A stretch of DNA of 63,962 nt from Octopus bimaculoides (Eukaryota), in the NCBI RefSeq assembly GCF_001194135.2, contig NC_068983.1:138443621-138507582 (forward strand), read 5' to 3'. A program made the translations under genes and the position numbers. Below are positions 53,501 to 63,962 of the stretch, one piece after another. The notes under the pieces were generated by a model. It was not told where the DNA came from, did no database searches, and saw only the letters and a program-made list of their open reading frames with translations. Numbering within the stretch: the stretch's first letter is position 1; each line of letters starts with the position of its first letter.

Positions 53501-54159
53501 TTTGGACAAAAATACGACAGAGTTGCATAAACGCGTGAAACACTTATGATCGGTAGATGAATTTTCTGATTGGCTGAATCCATCTAATGAATGTTCATAT
53601 AGACATTGTAGATGTTTCCCATTCTAGTATAATGAGTGTTTGACTGGTAGAGACATTGGAGCTTTTTTAACATATTTAAAAAAAACTTTCTGTGTTTATA
53701 TATGTTTATATTAATCCTGTGATTTTTATCGCGTTTTCACTCGTCCTTTGTATGTCCATATGGCTTCTCCTGTACACCCTACACGTTTTATAGTGCTTTA
53801 TAATATGTATGAATTCTTGTGGAGAATAAGAAAAAAAAAGGGTTATTATTAACAATAATAGAAGCAGTATTCATAGGAGTATTGCATGGAAGTAGTTAGT
53901 GAGATAATCTTATAAACTTGTATCTATGTGGGTGTGCATTGAAATTGCGCGGCTTTCGATATTGCATTTAGACTTTCTGTTGATGACAAGAAAGTAATAT
54001 ACTGCGCTAAATATAGCAGAATATATTTTACTTTGATATTTTGTGGACTTTGTCAGAATAAGTCAATTTCAGAAATAGTATTACTAAAGAAAAACCATCC
54101 TGCTCCCCCGCCTCCTTCACCTCATCCCCACCCTTTTCCACCTTCTCTCTTGTTCTGTT

Positions 54160-55152
54160 CTTCTTCTTCTTCTTCTTCTTCTTCTTCTTCTTCTTCTTCT
54201 TCTTCTTCTTCTTCTTCTTCTTCTTCTTCTTCTTCTTNNNNNNNNNNNNNNNNNNNNNNNNNNNNNNNNNNNNNNNNNNNNNNNNNNNNNNNNNNNNNNN
54301 NNNNNNNNNNNNNNNNNNNNNNNNNNNNNNNNNNNNNNNNNNNNNNNNNNNNNNNNNNNNNNNNNNNNNNNNNNNNNNNNNNNNNNNNNNNNNNNNNNNN
54401 NNNNNNNNNNNNNNNNNNNNNNNNNNNNNNNNNNNNNNNNNNNNNNNNNNNNNNNNNNNNNNNNNNNNNNNNNNNNNNNNNNNNNNNNNNNNNNNNNNNN
54501 NNNNNNNNNNNNNNNNNNNNNNNNNNNNNNNNNNNNNNNNNNNNNNNNNNNNNNNNNNNNNNNNNNNNNNNNNNNNNNNNNNNNNNNNNNNNNNNNNNNN
54601 NNNNNNNNNNNNNNNNNNNNNNNNNNNNNNNNNNNNNNNNNNNNNNNNNNNNNNNNNNNNNNNNNNNNNNNNNNNNNNNNNNNNNNNNNNNNNNNNNNNN
54701 NNNNNNNNNNNNNNNNNNNNNNNNNNNNNNNNNNNNNNNNNNNNNNNNNNNNNNNNNNNNNNNNNNNNNNNNNNNNNNNNNNNNNNNNNNNNNNNNNNNN
54801 NNNNNNNNNNNNNNNNNNNNNNNNNNNNNNNNNNNNNNNNNNNNNNNNNNNNNNNNNNNNNNNNNNNNNNNNNNNNNNNNNNNNNNNNNNNNNNNNNNNN
54901 NNNNNNNNNNNNNNNNNNNNNNNNNNNNNNNNNCCTTCTCCACTTCTTCTTCTTCTTCTTCGTCTTCTTCTTCGTCTTCTTCTTCGTCTTCTTCTTCTTC
55001 TTCTTCTTCTTCTTCTTCTTCTTCTTCTTCTTCTTCGTCTTCTTCTTCTTCTTCTTCTTCTTCTTCTTCTTGTTCTTGTTCTTGTTCTTGTTCTTCTTCT
55101 TCTTCTTCTTCTTCTTCTTCTTCTTCTTCTTCTTCTTCTTCTTCTTCTTCTT
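54160..55152. repeat. (TTC)n microsatellite spanning an assembly gap
   Basis: Direct observation; explains the poly-Ser and poly-Glu ORFs. Confidence 0.97.
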
Positions 55153-55276
55153 CGAATTAGTATTACTATTATTAACAGTAATAGTGGTGTTGGTGATCGT
55201 AGTTGTATTTTCTTTAGAGAATTTTCTGTAGTTAAGCGTACGTAGTCAATGTATTTTTCGAAATCGATAAAGCTAT

Positions 55277-55291
55277 GGTAGTAGCAGCAGC

Positions 55292-55347
<56 letters not shown>

Positions 55348-55385
55348 TACCAGCAGCAGCAGCAGTAGCAGCTGCAGCAACAGTG
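55277..55385. repeat. (AGT)n/(AGC)n trinucleotide array
   Basis: Direct observation. Confidence 0.95.
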
Positions 55386-56794
55386 GTAAAGTCGTCTGAA
55401 TTTTCGCTATTCAATGCATTTCCCCTGTTTAAATTCATCTTCCCATTAATTCAACGACACGAGCAGGAAACTGTTAAACATGGCGCTACACAAAAGAAAT
55501 GTTTAGCCGAGTCAGAAATAGGAAAAACATTTCTTTAGAACCAAAGTGTAAAGGCTGTGTCTCCACATTACTGGGCATCTATTATCATTTGTAGAAAATC
55601 TTCCTTGTGTTTCTTTTTTTTTTGTGTGTGTGTTATTCACAAACGGACATCTAAACTGTGCACACGTCCATACTACTATGCGAACAAATATCACCCTTAC
55701 ATACATATTCACTCAACTTCAAATAAGGAGGCTACGTATATACTGCTACCAAAGAAGAAAAAAAAATCGTACACCTCTTGTATATAGCGAATGTTCCCCA
55801 TACATACATACATACATAATACATACATACATACACACACACACGTATACGCACACATACATTCTTACAAATGCCCTCTTGTAGACAGATAAAGCTATAT
55901 ACATGCTTAAAGGACTATTCATAGACATAACCGTAAACGGTTACATAGAAATGCTAGTTTTCTATGGAAACTTTGTACAAATACCGAAGCTTATATGAAC
56001 GCACAGACAAACCTACAGTTTAACAAGCGTTTTCAAAACGGTAAACGCAGTGATACACATATAAACTTGTATACATAATATGCATACTTCTCATACAAGC
56101 GAAACTATAAATCAACAGATTACATGTATGTATGTATGTATGTATGTAAGTAAGTAAGTAAGTATGTATCTATGTATGTACTTATGTATATGTATGCATG
56201 TATATGTGCGTGTATCTATTTATATGTATATGCTCATGTATGTATATATAAAGGGTGTCTGGACAAGGATCTGAATTATGCCGGTAATAAGTGATATATG
56301 TATATATATATATGTAATATTAATAATATGAAAATACATCCGTAAGTAAAGAAACAACATCAAATGGAAGAAACCAAATAAGTTTCAAATACACAATAAA
56401 GTCTATTAGTAACAAACACATTGCCAATGAAATAATGAAAACACATACAAAGTCGCAACTCCTCATTTGTTTGCTTAACAGTGTGCAACTAGGACATACA
56501 AAATTTTCAGCTTATGTTTATGCAGGTGAAAGTTCGTAATTTACTAATGTGTTTTGTTTACTTTCCTTGAAATCATTTACCTATTCTATCTTTAAATAAA
56601 AAATAATATTAAACTATTTCTAATGCCAAAGTAGAGCGTCTGCTAAATAACAATGCATAAATTCAATCATAATTCTATCCACCGGAGAACATCTCACACA
56701 ACAGAAATCCAGCATATTTTGGAGACTTAATGCATTGCGCAAAATACATTAGGCTTTTAAATAGAAATGTATAATAATAATAATAATAATAATA

Positions 56795-57012
56795 ATAATC
56801 CTTTCTACTATAGGCACAAGGCTTGAAATTTTGGGGAAGGGGATTAGTTGATTACATCGACTCCAGTGTTTCACTGGCACTTAATTTATCGACCTCGAAA
56901 GGATGACAGGCAAAGTCGATTTCGGCCTAATTTGAACTCAGAACATTAAGGCAGACGAAATACCGCTTAGCATTTCGTCCGGCGTACTAACGATTCTGTC
57001 AGCCCGCCGCCT
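56795..57012 (-). mobile_element. SINE family A copy with (ATT)n tail
   Basis: gaaaggatgacaggcaaagtcgatttcggcc..tttgaactcag..ccgcttagcatttcgtccggcg; tail ccttgtgcctatagtagaaagg(att)n on the minus strand. Confidence 0.9.
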
Positions 57013-57024
57013 CATATGGTTTCA

Positions 57025-57140
57025 AATTCTGCAACAAGGGCGGCAGCTTTCGGGGCGGAATTTGAACTCAGACGTAGCGACGGGCGAAATACCGCAAAGC
57101 ATTTCGTCCAGTGTGCTAACGTTTCTGCCAGCACGCAGCC
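57025..57140 (-). mobile_element. SINE family A 5' part (tandem)
   Basis: cggaatttgaactcagacgtagcgacgggcgaaataccgc..gctaacgtttctgccagc. Confidence 0.85.
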
Positions 57141-57185
57141 TTTGTAACAAGAACAAGAACAAGAACAACAACAACAACAACAGCG

Positions 57186-57242
<57 letters not shown>

Positions 57243-57244
57243 CC

Positions 57245-57301
<57 letters not shown>

Positions 57302-57304
<3 letters not shown>

Positions 57305-57860
57305 ATGGAATAACAACAGAAAAACATGGTATAAACACACGCCAGAAAAGGTCACAGAAAACGAGAAAGCAACCATACTCTGGGATATGCCAATACACAC
57401 AGATAGAGAAATTAAGGCAAATAGACCAGATATAGTTGTCAAAGNNNNNNNNNNNNNNNNNNNNNNNNNNNNNNNNNNNNNNNNNNNNNNNNNNNNNNNN
57501 NNNNNNNNNNNTCCCTAAAAGAAATGGAAAAACTTTCAAAATACAAAGACCTGGAAATAGAGGTAAGTCGAATGTGGAACCTAAAAACAGAAACAATTCC
57601 TATCATAGTAGGTGCCTTAGGTATAATAAGAAAATATTCAGACAAATACATAACAAAAACACCAGGACTTACAAATATATATAACATACAGAAAATTGCA
57701 CTACTGGGCACTGCACACATTCTACGCAAAACACTTTCAATACAGTAACCATAAGAGCATCACAGCAAACCACAGCACATACCCAAGGCACACAGAGCTG
57801 CGCTCGGTAGTGAAGAGAAAGCACGTTATAAAAATAAAACTACTGAACAATAATAATAAT
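57302..57860 (+). mobile_element. 5'-truncated R4/Dong LINE (RLE domain) within an (AAT)n tract
   Basis: ENEKATILWDMPIHTDREIKANRPDIVV; KYKDLEIEVSRMW..IPIIVGALG..LLGTAHILRKTLS; flanked by (AAT)n on both sides. Confidence 0.92.
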
Positions 57861-57869
57861 GATATTTTG

Positions 57870-58264
57870 CTGAATACCACAAATTTGCTAGTCAGTTGTT
57901 TGACCTTAACCGCTTGAGCATGTCCCTTGGTGGCTGACAATATGTGCATCTCTGATCGCGAGTAGTGGGGCAGCATCATAGCCATGTGTTGAGAGAAATT
58001 CTGTAGAATTTGAGTAATTCACCGCTGGAAACATGGGTGTTTCGTTCAACATCCTTAAACAACCCTTTTTTAGGGACTATTCAACCTAAAAAAATTCTAA
58101 CTGGGCCCCACCTGCAAAGTACTGTGCAAATCACTATGTGATGCACATTTGGTTTTGATGCGTGTACCTGGTGTACCCTTATCAGACGGATAGTCATGAT
58201 GGTTATATTGGCATTCGTATTTTGCCCCAGTGTCATTTTGATGGTGTGCATTGCTCTCTCACTC

Positions 58265-58295
<31 letters not shown>
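57870..58295 (+). repeat. Probable interspersed repeat ending in (AAT)n
   Basis: Non-coding GC-richer block ending ctctctcactc(aat)n, like a retroposon tail. Only one copy is in this window; repetitiveness is recalled, not shown here. Confidence 0.5.
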
Positions 58296-58296
<1 letters not shown>

Positions 58297-58962
58297 TATT
58301 TCTCGCTTTCAATACGAAAAATACTAGGAAAGTGACATCCATTTCTAAGGTACACAATTCATACACCGAGAAGAGCTCACTAATAAAATCTTCGCCATTT
58401 CTATAAATATTGTGCCTTACATACTATGATGGCCTTATATGACGGCCACATACCTGAAACATAAACAAACTATATCCCGGCTCCTGAAATTGCTTCAAAG
58501 TCTCGTTAGAAACTGCTTCACGGCAGAACATTTGTCGAAAAAGCAGACTTTTGCATATTCGCATATAATGTACGAAATATCATACACACAAGAAGTTTCT
58601 GATAAAAATATAAGACATTGAGATCCACGACTAACATTCACCTACCTGTTGACAGTGCATCTTTTTGCTATTTTATTTTAGTCAAGAATCAAAAGTTGTT
58701 GTCCAAGCATGCTATAATCACCAGTTATCAACTTTGTTATTGTTTCAGCAATCCGTTAGTTGAGTTTGTTACAATTATACGTTGCACATTACGTGTGATA
58801 AGTTTCGAGAATTAGCATTCTGGTATTTATGATAAAATCTGTGTAAGACTTTTCCCTTGAAAGTACTATATTTTGTCATATCTATTTTTGTGTTATGTGT
58901 TGTTGTGCATCTTATGATCACCTCTGTGTAGTACTATAGCAGAGTCGACTGAATGTCTAGGC

Positions 58963-58999
<37 letters not shown>

Positions 59000-59005
<6 letters not shown>

Positions 59006-60100
59006 TGTTTTTGTTGCCAGCATACCTCCGACTAATACGGCCAGAGCTTAACAGTTGCAGTTCTACACTTGCTATTAGTTACATTTGCAGTTAGTTCATC
59101 GATTCTTGTTATTGATGGTGTACAATGTCAGCAGAGTACTTGCAGCTAATGATGCTATTGATGCAGTTAATTATGTGTTTGGGCATCTGTGCGTTTTAGT
59201 TTTGTCTGGAGAAATACTGTTTGGGTATAAAGTAGCACTAATGATCTGATTGTTTGGAAGTAGTATCATTTAAAGTAGTATCATTGAGTGTCGAAACTTC
59301 GTTGTATGGACGGACAGTCACCTCGCACGCCTTTGCTTTCTTGTATATGACATCAATGAATATACTCTGTATGCGCTCTGTTCTGTGTCATGTCTGATTG
59401 CGGTCCAAGCCATGATCACCTGGACATTCTATAGGATACTTCGTGTCTAGATCAATGTTATTCAGTGTCTCTGTTCATTTTGGAGACTGTAAATTGTACT
59501 TGAGGGATAATTTTCTGCTATTTTGATTGGAACGAATAAATATGTTAAAACCCAGCCATTTGTTTGCGTTTTATGCTTTTTGATAAAAAATTTTGCAATA
59601 GAAAATATGTTAAGATTCTTGTTCATCTGATAATTTGTCAGGGACTTGGTAGCAAGGTGTGGCATTATGATGAAGGAGGTTTAATGATGGCACTTTTGCA
59701 ACATATTACTAGTGCTGTGTTATTATTGGTTGTAATGTAGTTTTCTGTTTTTTTTAATCTTTATAGCATGCTTCAACTCCAACTAGGGTGAATTGAGTCA
59801 ATGCAATACTTTGTTAGGTGTTCCTAGATATGATTGCTGTCGTACTTGTGGTCATTTTGATTATGTTGTTATATAGCTTGGTCTACGAAAATTTATGCCC
59901 GTTATTGATTACTGATTGTTTTACTATGTTTTATTTTTTCCTTTTGTAGTATTGTGTTTTTGAAAAATGATACTAATGTTGCATTCATTTAGATTCGCTG
60001 TCTCCATGAATACATAGACATTTGTACGGTCTTCCGCTGAAAGAGATGTAATGGGAAGGTTGAGTCATATGTACTACATTGGCATCTGAAACCGAGTTAT
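59000..60100 (-). mobile_element. Highly degenerate RTE-like LINE remnant
   Basis: Weak QVPDKLSDE (cf. KAPGPD.I.AE) motif and A-rich minus strand. Confidence 0.3.
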
Positions 60101-60360
60101 ATCACACCGATTTTGCTCTAAATATTCAAAATGATGATAGGATTATATAAGTGTAGTACCTGTATCGTTTCTCACAGTTACAGTGTTTGTGGACGGGTTC
60201 TAATATTCCTAGTAAAACCTCATTTGTTTGCCTACGTATTACACTAAAGTCTTTTGCGTAATCCTTATCTTTGACTTTTTCCTGAATTTTAATGACCAAT
60301 GATTTTGCATCCACAAAGCGCTTAGTTTTATAGACGATTCGTCACACCTCAGTAGTCGCG

Positions 60361-60794
60361 GGCATATAAACCCTCTTCAACCTGGAGGTAGAAAACCGTT
60401 ACGGTCAGTTAATTTATAAACAAAAGAATATTATATACTGTCTGAGCCTTAAACAGGACGGATTATCGCCCTTAAACCAGTCCTGTACGTAAATATTATG
60501 GACCTAAGGACAAACATGGAATCACTACCCTTAGGTTGGTCCCGGTCAGCAAATAAATACTTTGGGATGTCCCGTTCGTCGATTAGGGCTATGAAAAAGT
60601 ACTTGCAGACCGGAACCAACCTAAGAGCTGTGACCATACGTTCACCCTTAGGTGCATAAGATTTGGTGACCGGACCGGTCTAAGGGTGATAACCCATCCC
60701 GCTTAAGGCCAAGACAGTGTATATTATTCTTTTGTTTGCAAATTAACTGGCCATAACAGTTTTATACCTCCTGGTGAAAGAGAGGTCATATGCC
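60361..60794. mobile_element. Foldback/MITE with ~123-bp TIRs and a nested inner inverted repeat
   Basis: 60361-60483 is the imperfect reverse complement of 60672-60794; inner IR 60530-60547/60608-60625 matches 17 of 18. Confidence 0.85.
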
Positions 60795-60914
60795 AGCGGT
60801 CAATGTAGTCTAAATGAGTCGTCTATTAAGCTAGGCGCTTTATGGATGCGAAACTACTGTTCACTTGGTAACCGGACATATATTTAACTTCATTTTAAAT
60901 ATACATACATACCT

Positions 60915-61030
<116 letters not shown>

Positions 61031-61061
61031 TAATTATAATAATAATAATTATTATTATTAT

Positions 61062-61370
61062 TCCTTCCTAACACAGTGTAGGTAAAATGCCCCGGAGTCT
61101 TCTTTAGTCATCTGTCAAGTTACAACAAGGACCTCAAACTGATAATACTTTCCTTAAGATTTGCGCTGTGCCCAATAAGGCTGCTTTTTGCAAGACATCA
61201 ATCTTGCATGGGATTTCCAGTTGCCTTAAGACGTTTTGAAGTTTCAATGGGATTGGGCCCAGCACTCCAGTCACCACTGGTATCACTTTTACATTAATAT
61301 CTCGCATTCCATACAGTCTTGCCGTTTCCACTTTCAGTTCGGAGTACTTGGTGAAGTTTCAACCTCGTTA
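61062..61370 (-). mobile_element. R4/Dong LINE 3' fragment
   Basis: KYSELKVETARL..VIPVVTGVLG..LQKAALLGTAQILRKVL; (AAT)n tail. Confidence 0.9.
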
Positions 61371-61439
61371 CTCACAATATTCATTGAATTGCTTCCTTTC
61401 AAGGCCTAGGCCAGCACTCTTATTGATCGCTAGTAGTAG

Positions 61440-62000
61440 TAAGCACATTTGACTTCTGACAGAAATATAGATGCAAATATGCCAGACATTATATTGAAAG
61501 ACATTAGACAAAAATCGTGCCTCCTCATTGATATGACTGTCCCAATCGATATAAGCGTATCTGTCAAGACCTACCAAAAACTGAGCAATTATAAAGATCT
61601 TGAAATAGAAATTAGCAAAATGTGGAACCTGACGATTAAAACAATATCTGTTGTCATAAGTGCCCTAGGAATGATAGCGAAAGGGGCTGATTGGTACCTA
61701 GCTCATATACCAGGAAACTCCAAAATGGCAGAAATTCAAAAGATGGTGCTCATAGGAACTGCCCATATCGTACGTAAAATATTGACTATCAAATCTCAAA
61801 TTTTAAAACAAACTCATAATTTTCTTATGTTTTCTTAAAAATTCTCTAGAACAATACTATGTACAAAACCAAATATATGGCACCCCGAGGCATAGCACTA
61901 ACATGAACTTCTAACTTGTTGTCTCTTGAGGTCTCTGCGTTAGACTTGGAGCCAATTTGTACAAATGCAAAGCAAAAGTCAAAAATAAAATAACAACAAC
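61440..62000 (+). mobile_element. R4/Dong LINE 3' fragment (different subfamily)
   Basis: DRNIDANMPDI..CLLIDMTVP..YKDLEIEISKMW..IGTAHIVRKIL; followed by (AAC)n(TAC)n(TAA)n. Confidence 0.92.
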
Positions 62001-62017
62001 AACAACAACAACAACAA

Positions 62018-62079
<62 letters not shown>

Positions 62080-62841
62080 ATAATAATAATAATAATAAAT
62101 GTTACCTGCTAACGTAAACACACTGTATATGAAAATGAAGAATGGTGGCAATATACTGAGACCCACATTATTAGTGATAATTTTAAATGCTATAGGTAGA
62201 ACGATGGTGGTAATGATAAACACTGTGGTTATGGAGGTAACACAATACGAGCACGTTATTTATATACATGTGTATGTACATACATGTGCACGTGTATATA
62301 CAAATAAAGAGAGAACGAGAGAGATGGAATCTCAATAACATCTGTTGTGGGAAACCCACGATCGACTCATGAAATCATGATGCAACACAAGGAAAGAATT
62401 AGCGACGAGAATGAAGCTATAGCCGATCATGGTAAAGGTTTCCCGCCTGGCAAGTCCACAAACGCCCGCATCGCAGGTACCATAAATATTCCCCCCCACA
62501 CACACACACTTAATAAACATAGACACACATACGGATATATGCATGTGCAAATAAACACACATACAACAGGAATACAAAACGGCAGATCGTTATGAAAGAG
62601 AGACACAAAAAAAAAAACAAAGAAGAAAGCAAAGGAGCACTGATGAGATCGCAGAAGTGTGACGAAAGAACTCTTGCCGACATACAGTTAATATAAAATA
62701 AAGCTGAAGCAAGTGAACACCAAATATATAGTGCGTGTGTTTTCCATGGCTAAACTGGCAGCATGACAATCCCCAGAAACAACAATATCTATTTCAACGC
62801 ACGAATTCACATCGAGAAACCTGCAAAACGAATATATAAAC

Positions 62842-62878
<37 letters not shown>

Positions 62879-63962
62879 ATTCATAGAAACAAGTAGGTAT
62901 CACAGGAATCTCCTCTAGTGGACCAGATGAAAGTTGAAAGTAGAAGCATTGTTATAACAATGACGTTCTAGTGATCAGATGAGCTACATTTCTTTCTCTG
63001 CAACGATTTGTAAACATTCAATCGTATTGAATAAATCGTAGCATGCATATTAGTGAAGGCATGTACAATAATTTGTTACGCTGAGCGCGTGAGCAACAGC
63101 AGAATATTGTAATCACTCGTCTTTGTTTGTCTGTGTGTTAACAAAATTACTAGAAAACAGCTGAACGGATTTTCGCCAAATTTGGCAGAAGTACTAATTG
63201 GGTGAGTGGCTCGAAATGATGAAAATTTGGTTTGCTATCTTCAAACGTACATACATACATACATACATATATATGCGATCGCATGTGTGTGTGTTGTGCA
63301 GTGATGGATTCATGAGTTTCTTTTATTTACGAGTCGGTTTCTTAATTTCACCAGAGTATAAATACATATAATGGTGATACTTTACAAAAAATTAAAAAAA
63401 ATTCGAACTTACAAATTTCCCAATAAGCAAATGGTCATATTATTTATATCCTACAACAAACTACAGTACGCTTGATTCACATGCCATCATTGAAAAACGC
63501 TGAAACACACTTAAATTCTATGCAATATTTTCTATAACTATTTCATTTCTTTCAGTTTCTTGTTCAAATGAAATCGACACTCGCCTGCGTGTGTATAGAA
63601 CATGGTGTATCTATGCGCATAGACACCTGTGGGTACATACACATATACTTACATGCATACATAAATACATACAAACATAAATACATGCCTAGATATGTAT
63701 GGTTACGGTCCTTTACGGGTTGATTTTTAAAATTTTACCCGAGTATAAATATGCATGATGGTGATACTTAAAAAAATAATAATTCCGTTCAATTAAAAGC
63801 ATGGGCAAGCAACGCATTGTAGGCTACACTATAATTTGCGAAAAGCGTTATCTGCCTGCAGGGTATGCATGACACCACCGATGCGTTTTTTATTCATTAT
63901 ATACTGAAAATATTAGTAGAAGATGAAGGCTGCGAAACGGACGTTTATATATATATATATAT

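Overview
Repeat-dominated, AT-rich animal genomic DNA with many N-gaps, each flanked by microsatellites. The SINE families and microsatellite density suggest a coleoid cephalopod, probably Octopus; this is an inference. No complete protein-coding gene is recognisable, and almost all long ORFs in the track are artefacts of (TA)n, (CA)n, (TACA)n, (TTC)n repeats or N-runs. What can be supported is: decayed retroelements (CR1-like, R4/Dong RT and RLE, Tx1/L1, RTE-like, Penelope-like), Tc1/mariner remnants, several MITEs, and about 10 tRNA-derived SINE copies. The most notable items are a nearly intact type I hammerhead ribozyme at a Penelope-like 3' end (144-229), a tandemly duplicated X-box plus CCAAT module (12.26-12.68 kb), a few well-formed orphan exons including a possible Cys-containing or amidated-peptide terminal exon (15.4-15.5 kb, minus), a SINE 3' tail that resembles a Tx1 LINE 3' end, and a nested foldback element. 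Element boundaries and family assignments were made by eye from motif similarity and are approximate.
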